Assembly: GCA_008632985.1 (NCBI GenBank)
Contig: QPGO01000066.1
Span: forward strand, 203,771 to 267,770
DNA: 64,000 nt
Source of the DNA: Psammoneis japonica
Taxonomy: Eukaryota
Direction of reading: 5' to 3'
This document shows positions 47,423-57,638 of this stretch, one piece after another (position 1 is the first letter of the stretch; each line of letters opens with the position of its first letter). The notes under the pieces were generated by a model, which ran no database searches, had not been told where the DNA came from, and saw only the letters and a program-made list of their open reading frames with translations. The position numbers and the translations under genes are program-made.

Positions 47423-50400
47423 CTACGACAGCGAGAATCGTTTCGTTGACTCCGATATGTTTTCGACCTCTTCCTTTTCCCTTTCATAAGTCTCTCTGCG
47501 CCATTGGTAATGTTCTCTTTCCCGTTCCTCCATTACTTTTGTCAGTTTTGCTTTGAGTTTTGCAATCTCTTCCCGTTTCATTTCCAGAGCAGTCTTGGAC
47601 CGTGACGCCATGACCGCCGTCAATTCTTCAGCTTCGCGACGACGGCGTTGTTCAATGAGAAACAATTCAATTGGTACAGAATCCTCGCCACTGTAAGGCG
47701 AGGCAGATAACGGGTATGACTGATGTAAAACAGAATGCAGCGGAGGCGTCCTGGCCAAGTGCGTACGTCTTGATTCTCTGCGAGGACTTGGATCAAAGTA
47801 GTTATCGGCAGCTTCGAAATGCAGTCTAGCGCCTTCTGTCACATCAGCATTGGTGATTGCATCGCGTTTTAGTCTTTCGACTTCTTCTTTGAGACGCCTG
47901 TTTTCGTCCTTGCATGACGTAATTTCCTCAAGTGCTTTTTCCAACAATGACGCAACCTCTTCCTTTTCGGTTTCTGTCTTCTCGGCTAGCGAGTATTGTT
48001 GCTGTAAACTGTCACATAACTGCTCGAGACGCTGGATATGATCCTGGTCGTTTCGTTTCTCTCTACCAAGCCTCAAAATTTCATCCTGTAGCTGATTCAC
48101 ATTCTGATCCATCAGCCTATCCCCAGCGGACTCTAGTCTGGCAGCGACGAGTTTCCGATTCGCTGCCTCCAGTTCCGCTTGCAATTGTAAACGTTCACCG
48201 TCAAACGACTCGATAGATTGTCTGAGAGTCAAAGTCTCTTCTTCAAACTGCTGTCGAGAGAGGTCCAACTCGCTTCGTAAGTGTTCAGCTTCTCGTTGAG
48301 AATTCTCATAGTCGATACGATCCTCCGTCGCTCTGGCGAGTTCGCTTCCCAAGTCAGCATTGGTCGCTTGAAGCTGCGAGACCTCGCATCTCAGTGCGTC
48401 CACTTCGAGTTTCGCGTCCTCATAAAGTCTCGCATCATGAGCAAGTTCCTCAATCTTGCGTCGGTCCTCATTTCGTTCTTGTGATAGACGGGAATTCGAA
48501 TCCTTCAGGATGCGAATGGTTTCCTCGTGCTGTGAAATTCTAGCTTCGCTCTGATCCTTCTCAACACGTATAGCTTCAAGAGCATTCTTGAGTGCCTCAA
48601 GCTCGTCAGCTTGACTGTCGCGCGTCCCTGCAACTTCTTCGTACTTTGAAACCATCTCGGATGTCTCTCGTCGGCTGCCTTCGAGTAACTCATTCAAAGC
48701 CACAATTTCTTGCTCTAGCTTGTCTTGCGCCGTAATAACATCATCTGCAATCTTTTCAATCGCTTCTTTATCAGCGTTGGACTCCAATAAACGTTGCTCC
48801 ATAACCGACATTTCACGTTGAAACCGCATCATATCATCTCGATGATGTCGAATCTCATGCTCAAGTTGTTCTCTTGTTAGCTGGGACTCTTGCTCAGCCA
48901 AAGCTTTTGCATTCGCGGCATTCTCTAAGAGCTGTTGCTGTGACATTCGCGATCGCTTGACTATATCAACCGCCGTTTCCAAAGCTGATATCTCGCTTGA
49001 TGTGTCTGGCGACAGCTGATATCCATGGACTATCGAATCATGCAGCCGTGGTTTGACCCCCTGCACGTCATTGGGATTGTCACGGAAGTCAAACTCTGCG
49101 TCGCTCGATAGCAAGCTTGTATTCCTACCCTTTTCGGCAACACCATTGCCAGTTTCCGTCGCTTGAGAAACATCGCCATGAGCCGTTTCAGAGGTCGGGA
49201 CAGGGTCATGATTGCTGCCACCACAAAAGATATCACGAGCCCCCTGGTACAACGCCGCTGAAGTCGAGTAGAGCATGCTAGTCCCGTCGGGCTTGTTCCT
49301 GCCCCCACAGAACTCCTCGCCGGAAACATCTGCATCCTGCGAAGTGCAATCGAATTCTGGCTGTTGGAAAGGACGACCATAGTCACTTCCCGTTTGGAAC
49401 GACAAATTCTTCTCATTTTGGTTTAGTCGCGGCTTCTGACTTTCCGTAGCAATATCTCTGTCTTGTCTTGTAGGTTCATGAAACGCAGAGCGGCGGTCTC
49501 TGTCCGACACGTTCCTCATTCCGGCTGCTACTTCTGGTGGTTGACTCGTTTCAAGTTCAGGTGGGAGATCATACATGTTTCCAGACTGACGGGGATCATT
49601 TCCTACGTCCTGGGTGGTTCTTGGAGTGGAAGATCGCGTTGACTCGAAACTGGACGCCGGAGCAGGATCATAGAATAGATCGCTAGGTTCATCATGCTGT
49701 TCGACCCCAGTCCCGAGTTCTTGTAGACCGTTGTCGGTTTCAATGGAAGAATCCAGTCCTAACTCATACTTTGCAGATGCGAACGGTGCCACGACTTCCT
49801 TTTCAGTGTAACCGTCCTTTTCCCCGTCTTGATTTTGGCCGTTTTGGGGGCAAGTCAGAATGTTTTCTTTGTGTTCCACACCATCTTGAAGTCGCTCATT
49901 ATCTGGTCTAAATGACTCATTCGCAAGCGGCGAGGACGTGGACGTGCTTGATTGAGTACTTATGCCGTCAAACGTCCCTCTATCTTCAGAGTGGCGATGC
50001 TCTACTGACGATATCGCCACGCCGCCTTCATCGATCTGCTGCTCTTGCACTGGATATGGAAGTGAACACGACTCTACCCTTGCACCCGGGTCAGCCACCC
50101 CCTTTTGGCTTGCATATGTCGGGTCTGCATTGGACAGAAAAGACTCATGGAGTTCGTCGTTCCCCGTCGTGCCTCCATGCGACTCCACGGGCATCGGCGG
50201 AGTATCCCCACTCCGCCCGTCATGTGGTTGAACACGCAATGGTGACTCGATCCCCATACCAAAATCACCACTTGGCTCAGCATCAATACCCGACAAATCC
50301 GCACCGCTGTCCATAAAACGAGACGACGCCTGAACCTTACCTACAATATCGTGCTCCTCTGATTCGTCGTTGCTCCAGTCGTTGCGTTGAGATCCTTGAG

Positions 50401-52633
50401 CAGTCGGGATTTCAAGCGTTGGTGCTCCCGCAGCATCGTCACGCTCCAAACATGTATCCCCGTCTCTATTGAGCTGCTGCAACGGATAGTGTGAAGAATA
50501 ATCAATCGGAGTTTCCACGATCTCAACTTTAGGTGGCAAGACTGGCATTTCTTCTTCAACAGATAGCATTTCCCCTTGCTGAATCTGCGATTCATCCCAG
50601 TCTTCGCTTCGAGTTGCAGAACTCATTTCGTGGTGACCATGTCCAGTCGTTTCATCTTGTCTCAAACTCGCCTTCTGGATCTCGATATCCTTGCTCAAAC
50701 CTTCCCCCAACTCATCACCCGACACGTCTTGTATTAAATCGTTGGGCCCCGCCAAAATCTTGCTCATGATTCGCGAGTCCATGTCCATGTAATCGTGCAA
50801 TACCTTGTCTTCCAAATGAATCGGAGGCAATGGCGAGGATGGTCGCTTGGGTGATGAAGAAATAATCTTGGCCAATCGTTGTCGTGGATCCGTCAAGACA
50901 CTCTTGAGCAAGGCGTCTCCCGAGAATTGATCCAACGGTGTCCCTGGCAATGATTCATTCTTGTTGGAAGCTTTCTTGTTTGATACAAAGGGGCTTTGCG
51001 CCGTCTCCTTGGTTCCAACGAGCAATCGATTGGCATACTGAAGCGTCTGCAAGGTGCTCTCGTACGATTGGCTCGCTGGAGAAACGGACGAGAGAAAAAT
51101 GGAGCGACAGTCGGGTTGATCCAAGACGCGCTGTAAAATCTTGGTCAGTGTGCATTCTCGATAGGGTATCGGCTTTTTTTTCTTGTTTGTCAAAAGAGTG
51201 CTGGTGCCTTGATGTTGCTGCGCAGCAGCCTCCTCCAACAAGATTCCTCGCAACACACCGCACAGTCCCGAAAGCGATTTGCGCACATTGGCATTTCGAC
51301 GAGCCCAGGCTTTTCGCTCCAAAAACGGTACATTCGTGTCGGACGTTCCTTCTTCTTCTTGTCCAGTGGCCAAATCAACCATGCCAAGCACTGTACACTC
51401 TTGACCGGTCCAAACCTTGACGGTAGCAACAACATGTCCCCGACTGCCTTCTCGTTGCACACGTCGCTTGGCCAATTTCGAGTAAAGGCCTCTTGTCAGG
51501 ACATGTCGCAGTCCTTCGAGGGAATCCACGGGATGTTCGGATAAATTCTCCACCACGGCACCCTTGTGATCATAATGTCGAATCCGTAACGTGGACGACG
51601 GTACCAACAAGTCCCGCAAAACATCCTCCTCGACAATTTCCAACAAGGAAATTGTACAAACAACTTGAGTTCTTTTGTTGTTCTTGCCGCAGTCCCACAA
51701 ATGCTGTAGCGTACTTCCCAGCATTCCATATTTTTGCAAAACGTCATTACTACTACTACTCGTTGTCAACAAGTCCCCAAAGAGACTGGAGTTACCCATT
51801 CCAAAACAGACACGTGGTTTTTGCCTTAACAAGTCCTTGGCCATGGCAAGACTGGACGTACTCAGGGTGCCATTGGGCCAAACGACGGAATCCAAATTGG
51901 AATAGAGCCGTGCCCAATCTTCAGTGGAAACCTTGGCCACAACTTGCGAAACAAGCCGACACGTTTCCAGCGTAACGCGTGCCGGAATGTGAGTTCCAAA
52001 GGCGGTGGGATTGACGAGAATGAATTCACGTGTTTCTGACAATTGAGACATTGTATCGAGAAGCAACGAAGAAGAAGAAGATGTCGTGCTTTGCGTTGTT
52101 TCAGAAGGACGATGTTTTGTGTTTGAACGAATCAGAGGAAACACACATAGCGCATCGTCTGTCTGAAAGTCGGGCAACAACACAACGTGTACCACTACAG
52201 AAACTTTGCGACAGGGAATCAGACTCAGACTTTGTTGCGTGTTGTTGTTGTTGTTTTCCTTGGTGGAGCTTGTGGTACTCATCATGCTAGTGGGAGAGAG
52301 TTGTTGTATTGCAACATCATGTTGTTGCCTACTGTGTACTTTTCCAGAAGAAAACGGAGATTGTGGGCCGAGCCGTACTCGTTTTTGTTCTTGCAACGGT
52401 GTTGCTGTTATATGCGTCTCTGCCAACGGTATGGACTCATCATGGTGAGTTTCAGTCCTATTCTCGATTTCTGCATGAATTGAATCGTTCATATCGCCGT
52501 GATTCTGAGACGGATGCTGCAGCAGCAGCTCGGATGATTCAAAGGAGTCTTGCAGCGACGAGACGTCCGTTCTCTTGTCCTCTTGACTTAGTTCCTCATT
52601 CATAAGTTGACTAGAGGATAGTTCTAAAGACAT
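47423..52633 (-). CDS. Divergent kinesin-like protein with long disordered linker and C-terminal coiled coil
   Basis: ISLLEIVEEDVLRDLL; SRGHVV; MVDLATG; NVRKSLSGL; IPYRECTLTKILQ; SVSP...STLQTLQYANR. 5.2-kb open frame with first ATG at 52633. Confidence 0.9.
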   Translation of the reverse strand: MSLELSSSQLMNEELSQEDKRTDVSSLQDSFESSELLLQHPSQNHGDMNDSIHAEIENRTETHHDESIPLAETHITATPLQEQKRVRLGPQSPFSSGKVHSRQQHDVAIQQLSPTSMMSTTSSTKENNNNNTQQSLSLIPCRKVSVVVHVVLLPDFQTDDALCVFPLIRSNTKHRPSETTQSTTSSSSSLLLDTMSQLSETREFILVNPTAFGTHIPARVTLETCRLVSQVVAKVSTEDWARLYSNLDSVVWPNGTLSTSSLAMAKDLLRQKPRVCFGMGNSSLFGDLLTTSSSSNDVLQKYGMLGSTLQHLWDCGKNNKRTQVVCTISLLEIVEEDVLRDLLVPSSTLRIRHYDHKGAVVENLSEHPVDSLEGLRHVLTRGLYSKLAKRRVQREGSRGHVVATVKVWTGQECTVLGMVDLATGQEEEGTSDTNVPFLERKAWARRNANVRKSLSGLCGVLRGILLEEAAAQQHQGTSTLLTNKKKKPIPYRECTLTKILQRVLDQPDCRSIFLSSVSPASQSYESTLQTLQYANRLLVGTKETAQSPFVSNKKASNKNESLPGTPLDQFSGDALLKSVLTDPRQRLAKIISSSPKRPSSPLPPIHLEDKVLHDYMDMDSRIMSKILAGPNDLIQDVSGDELGEGLSKDIEIQKASLRQDETTGHGHHEMSSATRSEDWDESQIQQGEMLSVEEEMPVLPPKVEIVETPIDYSSHYPLQQLNRDGDTCLERDDAAGAPTLEIPTAQGSQRNDWSNDESEEHDIVGKVQASSRFMDSGADLSGIDAEPSGDFGMGIESPLRVQPHDGRSGDTPPMPVESHGGTTGNDELHESFLSNADPTYASQKGVADPGARVESCSLPYPVQEQQIDEGGVAISSVEHRHSEDRGTFDGISTQSSTSTSSPLANESFRPDNERLQDGVEHKENILTCPQNGQNQDGEKDGYTEKEVVAPFASAKYELGLDSSIETDNGLQELGTGVEQHDEPSDLFYDPAPASSFESTRSSTPRTTQDVGNDPRQSGNMYDLPPELETSQPPEVAAGMRNVSDRDRRSAFHEPTRQDRDIATESQKPRLNQNEKNLSFQTGSDYGRPFQQPEFDCTSQDADVSGEEFCGGRNKPDGTSMLYSTSAALYQGARDIFCGGSNHDPVPTSETAHGDVSQATETGNGVAEKGRNTSLLSSDAEFDFRDNPNDVQGVKPRLHDSIVHGYQLSPDTSSEISALETAVDIVKRSRMSQQQLLENAANAKALAEQESQLTREQLEHEIRHHRDDMMRFQREMSVMEQRLLESNADKEAIEKIADDVITAQDKLEQEIVALNELLEGSRRETSEMVSKYEEVAGTRDSQADELEALKNALEAIRVEKDQSEARISQHEETIRILKDSNSRLSQERNEDRRKIEELAHDARLYEDAKLEVDALRCEVSQLQATNADLGSELARATEDRIDYENSQREAEHLRSELDLSRQQFEEETLTLRQSIESFDGERLQLQAELEAANRKLVAARLESAGDRLMDQNVNQLQDEILRLGREKRNDQDHIQRLEQLCDSLQQQYSLAEKTETEKEEVASLLEKALEEITSCKDENRRLKEEVERLKRDAITNADVTEGARLHFEAADNYFDPSPRRESRRTHLARTPPLHSVLHQSYPLSASPYSGEDSVPIELFLIEQRRRREAEELTAVMASRSKTALEMKREEIAKLKAKLTKVMEEREREHYQWRRETYEREKEEVENISESTKRFSLS

Positions 52634-53370
52634 AGTGTCATGCTGTAAGTTGTTGTTTGCTCTGTAACAACAAGAATTGACAACAGTATGAAATGCTCTG
52701 TTGGTGCGCGGCGTTGCCAAATGTGCCGATGCGGGTTTGCTTTTCCGGCTGTTGTGCTGTCGAAAAACTTGACGGAAAGTAAGAAATGGTTACGCAATGA
52801 TGACGTCATTAATATGGAATTTTTTTTGGCGAGGTTGCGACGTTGAATAACGAGTATCGGTGAAATACTCAAATTGATTAGTAAGTCATGAACATTGTTA
52901 ACAATTTTTACTCGATACAAATATCAGAATGTCTTATAATTTTTCAGTTACTATCAGATTTGAGATCAATACAACCTTCTTCATTGGCATACTAAGTTGA
53001 TCCCATAAGTGTCGCATAGGCGTAAGATTCCTACCGACCTCAACACGATTGTGAGTCTTGATAAAATTTGTTAAAAGTTAACTTAATTGATGAATACATA
53101 AATAATTGATTTCAGCGAAGTTCTCACATTTTTCACGGTCTTTGAAACCGTTGCGGCTCTTGTGCAGCAATCCGGCACACTTTTTTCGATCGCTGTCTGC
53201 TCGCCACACGCAACAGCACATCCTACTCGAAGTAAAGTGAAGTGCAGGGCAGGTCTCCATAATCACTCTCGTTGCTATTGGCGAGACTAGAAAAGACGGC
53301 TCCATCCAGAGGTGCAATCAATTCCAGCAGAAATTTGTGTCTTGTGTATGGGACATTGTAAGAACAAAAC

Positions 53371-54927
53371 ATGTCGTATCAACAACATCATCAAAGAGCC
53401 ATGATGCAACATCATCATCATCATCATCATACACAAAGCACTGCGACTGCTGTAAGCAACAACAACAATTTCAATTCACCCAGAACAAAGAGTGAATTGA
53501 TTGTCGATACCATGGTGGGTATGAAGGAATTAGCGGTTGAATCTGTTTCGGGTTTCAAGGAATGGGCAGCAGCGACGGCGAGTAACAACAACAAACACGA
53601 TGAAACGTTGGAGGATTTTGTCATTCGCAACCGACAAGAACATGGTGATGATGATGATGATGTTTTGCCGGTTGAACCAAAATCGCCAGATGCCGCTGTA
53701 CGATCACTGTATGGAGATTCCAACAATTACGAGTCTGTCTCCATGTCGAAAGGAAAACAAAACAAGAATAATAACAAGGGCATGGTGCATGAGTTCATGA
53801 CACCCTTTTTGGCTTGTTCCAGTGGATTGAGTACCATTTCGTGCAAGACCAAGATGAAAAAAAAGTCTACTACTAGTAGTGCTGGTGTTGCCCGAGCCGT
53901 CCCCAACCAGCAGCATCCTCGACCACAAGGCATGAGCGACGACGACTGGATGCCAAATCATCATGATGGCCACTATCACCGTAGTGAATTGACCATGGCG
54001 TCCTCTATTGATTCGCGTCTCGAGGACGAAATGTATCAGATACAACGACTCACGTCTTGGAATACCATGGCGACCGAAGGAACCTACGGAACGCATGTCA
54101 CGTACGAAACCATCGTGACGGAGGGATCCATGGACGCAGCCGTCATGATGCAAAATAAGATGATGCCCGTCGATGATGATGGAAACGCTATTCCACAAGC
54201 CTTGGTGGAAAAGGTGGCTGCTGCCACCAATAATCGCAAGAAAAAAAAGAAGCAACAACCGAAGCGTCGAAAACGTGTCGTCCAATTTGAGTATCCACCC
54301 GTTCGGTCCGTCAAGGAATACGAGCGAGTCGATCCCGAAGACATGAACAAGCTCTTTTTTACGGAAGAAGAACTGGATCAATACGAAGACGATCGAGACA
54401 ATACGCGCATGGCGGATGATGTCGAAATTGTAGCCGTCGCATCCTCGACATCGCTGCCAACAACCACGAGTAGTGCAAGCACCAGCAGCAGTGATATAGT
54501 ACCGGATCCACCAGCAGCCGCGACAGCAGAAGCCGCGGCAGCCACCATGGAGCAGCAGTATGGACAAGATGATCCTGACGGTGATGTAGACCGGAATTGT
54601 ACCAACCTTGCTAAACTTGTCTGCACGCCCAAGGTACTGAGACCTAAACAGCTCGAGGAACCGCTGCCGCCGCCACCCCCCGTGACCAAGTCGAGTTCGG
54701 AGAGTTCCGACCAAGGCCTTCACAATGCCCGCCGTGAACGGAATACGGGCGATGCTGCGTCACGAGAAGCACCGCCGCCGCCCTCTTTGGTGGATGATGC
54801 ACCACCGCCTCTAGCCGACTCGCTGAGGAATAAAAAGAACAAGAAGAATGCCAAGAACAACAACAAGAAATCGAGACTGATTAAAGGCGTTCAAATCTAC
54901 ATGCGAGAACGATCCACTGCCGCGTAA
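53371..54927 (+). CDS. Hypothetical low-complexity protein, 518 aa
   Basis: Long ATG-TAA ORF with homopolymeric tracts and an ordered block KRVVQFEYPPVRSVKEYERV...LFFTEEELDQY. Confidence 0.85.
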   Translation: MSYQQHHQRAMMQHHHHHHHTQSTATAVSNNNNFNSPRTKSELIVDTMVGMKELAVESVSGFKEWAAATASNNNKHDETLEDFVIRNRQEHGDDDDDVLPVEPKSPDAAVRSLYGDSNNYESVSMSKGKQNKNNNKGMVHEFMTPFLACSSGLSTISCKTKMKKKSTTSSAGVARAVPNQQHPRPQGMSDDDWMPNHHDGHYHRSELTMASSIDSRLEDEMYQIQRLTSWNTMATEGTYGTHVTYETIVTEGSMDAAVMMQNKMMPVDDDGNAIPQALVEKVAAATNNRKKKKKQQPKRRKRVVQFEYPPVRSVKEYERVDPEDMNKLFFTEEELDQYEDDRDNTRMADDVEIVAVASSTSLPTTTSSASTSSSDIVPDPPAAATAEAAAATMEQQYGQDDPDGDVDRNCTNLAKLVCTPKVLRPKQLEEPLPPPPPVTKSSSESSDQGLHNARRERNTGDAASREAPPPPSLVDDAPPPLADSLRNKKNKKNAKNNNKKSRLIKGVQIYMRERSTAA

Positions 54928-55778
54928 GAAACTTTGATAATGCTGTGTGATTTTTATAATCCATAAACCAAGTCAAGTCTTGGACCAAGCCGATTTGTCA
55001 ATTGGCGGCACGCTTTTCTTGCATTTAAGAGGAGTACGCGACGTTGAAACAGCTGTTCGGTCTGCGTGCGCCCCGAATTGAAGTTCATAATGAAGCTTTC
55101 GAACGATACAATCGCATAATTACATGTTGCATTACTCGATAGATATTATTTGGCTTCTGGCTATCAAAAATGCAAACGTTCCTCTTGTCCTCTAGCTACT
55201 GCAATGCAACCAAGTTGAGCAACTCTGTTGTGATGTGAGTTACGTTTTCAGTGTCGCAGCGCATGGGATAGATCTCCACAATAATGTCTCTACACAAGCC
55301 AACACAATCCCCAACATATCGCCAAGCCGCGTATCTACCAAACCTTGAAGCTTGCTCTCGATCTAGGACGAGAGTACTATTTTCGCAGTGCCCTAGGCCT
55401 ACAGCTCTAAGTATGGCTAGCTAGAGAGTAGCTACTCTCTACTCTAGAGAGAGAGCCGTACAGTAGAGCTAGTAGAGAGCATTGTACCTCAAAGAGGGAC
55501 GATAGTACGGTACCATACCCGTATCTCGCGTGCCTCACCCCTGTGAAGCTTGACTCCTCCGACTCAATGAAGCCATCGTCCCATCTTTATAATAGTATTT
55601 GTGAATGTATATACTATATCATTGGGTATTTGGCAAAATTCCGCTCACTTTTTCTTCTGCAACAGCAAATGAAAATGTTCGCGTCCCCCATTTCTTGGTG
55701 CCGTGTTTGGATCCATTCCCCTCACAATTTCGCACACCTCAGATTTGCTGAAGCCAACGTTTATGACAACAAAGCAAA

Positions 55779-57053
55779 ATGAAGACCAGTGAATATGTCT
55801 TACGCTTTGTGTTTCTGCCATTGATGCTCTACTTTGTGTTTTTCTCCCGCACTGTGCGATTGGAGAAGTACTTACCTCGCATTGAAATTGATATGTGCGA
55901 ATCTGGGGACTGCGAACTTCCAATGCCTCCTTCGACCTCCCTACCTACAGATTACCCATTCGAAATGTCGGCTTGTATTATTGTCAAGGAGGATAACCAA
56001 ATCTTGCCAGAATGGATAGCATACCACTACGAGGTTTTACCCCTCCGCCACTTGATTGTCGCGGTTGATCCATACAGTAAAATTTCACCAGAGCCAGTCC
56101 TGGAGAAGTTCCGTTCGCTACCAAACATGACCATTGAAATGTGGCGCGATGAAGATTATCTGCAAAAGGGGCAGTTTTTTAAGCCTGACGCCGACAGAGG
56201 AGAGCGACTCCAGCTTCATCGGAAGCGTCAACCAACATTTATGAAAGCATGTCTCGAATCGTTGAAAAAGCAAAACAAAACATGGACAGTGCTCATTGAT
56301 CCCGATGAGTACTGGATTTTCAACGACTACGACGAAAACGAGGAAGCAAAGCCCTGGTGCTTTTTTGACGCGAATTTAACGAGAAGGGCTGAATGTGAAA
56401 ATAAGTATTATGAGGACATTAAGAATGGTGTGCACCCACGAAATAGGCTACCAAAGATTGGAGAAGCCACTGTGGCGCACTATTTAGCAAGTGAGCTGAA
56501 TCGTACCGACAGGTACTGGCATTTCGATACGCCGTGCATTATTGTGCCCCGTGTTCTGTTTGCAAACGATGAGAGCCTACACAATGAAACACACGCCCAA
56601 GTCCCGATCGGATTTGATCCTAATGCCTTCTACACACTCCGCTATCGTCATCATCAGCCACATCAAAGCAACTATCCGGGGAAGCCAATAATGGATGCTT
56701 CGCAGTATGATGGAAGTCGAGTGGAGAACCCGCACCGTCTCAATGAAGATCTCTGCCAACACGCCGCTTTTGTTTCTTACGCAGAATCCATGTTCCGAGT
56801 CCATCACTATATTGGTCCTAGGTCAGATGCTCAGGGTAGAAAGTCGGACGAGCAATACAAGGCGAGATTGGACGAAGTCGGCAGAATTGTGGGTACGAAC
56901 GATGAGATTCGTGGGTGGCTGAAACTGTTTGCGCAACGGGTCGGCAAGAAGAAGGCGCTGGAGTTAACACAGGAATTGCGGGCCAGTGCTCTTGAAGATC
57001 TGGCAAAATTGGCGAACAACCAGACGAGAAGGAAGCTTCGGCACCGGTCATGA
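55779..57053 (+). CDS. Glycosyltransferase-like protein, paralog 4
   Basis: TM helix, SACIIVKEDNQILPEWIAYH, IDPDEY. Confidence 0.9.
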   Translation: MKTSEYVLRFVFLPLMLYFVFFSRTVRLEKYLPRIEIDMCESGDCELPMPPSTSLPTDYPFEMSACIIVKEDNQILPEWIAYHYEVLPLRHLIVAVDPYSKISPEPVLEKFRSLPNMTIEMWRDEDYLQKGQFFKPDADRGERLQLHRKRQPTFMKACLESLKKQNKTWTVLIDPDEYWIFNDYDENEEAKPWCFFDANLTRRAECENKYYEDIKNGVHPRNRLPKIGEATVAHYLASELNRTDRYWHFDTPCIIVPRVLFANDESLHNETHAQVPIGFDPNAFYTLRYRHHQPHQSNYPGKPIMDASQYDGSRVENPHRLNEDLCQHAAFVSYAESMFRVHHYIGPRSDAQGRKSDEQYKARLDEVGRIVGTNDEIRGWLKLFAQRVGKKKALELTQELRASALEDLAKLANNQTRRKLRHRS

Positions 57054-57638
57054 GTTCGACAGGGGCTTCTACTTTACAAATGAGGTTCTAACATATGGGA
57101 GGCAGATCAGTCAAGATACATGTCGCTTCCTGTTGGACAAAGAGGAAGTCATACCTCATTCCTTCGGTTCACTGCCCGAAAACATTCCGCGACCTAGTCA
57201 AGATACCGGTATATCTGCCTACTTTACTTAGATTGTAACAGTGCAATGCTGTTGTATGGAACCTATCAGCATCTTGATCAACATTTTTGCAAAGAAGTGC
57301 ACACTGCAATGAATTATTTTCAATCGTAGCTTTGTCCGTACTTTCAACTCTTGACACTTGCTAGCTAGACCTACCGTTGCTAGCCCTACTCTCTACTATC
57401 GGTTATTCGGCTTACGGATACTACTGTGATACTGTAGCAACTTGGATCAATATATATCGAATATTCGTACCCTAATATTATGTCGGGACTAAGGGTTCGG
57501 GATTTCCGCGCTGAGATCTTGGACAAATCCGCTCACTTTTTCATGCCCGCAGGTTTCAGAAGTTCGCATCACATAAATGAGAGACTCTCAACAGTTTCAT
57601 GCGGCTGTAATTGCTCTTTATAAAGCGTACGAGGAATA

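Noticed and set aside
53704..54723. 339-aa antisense ORF
   Set aside because: Shadow of the 518-aa plus-strand gene with no independent signal.
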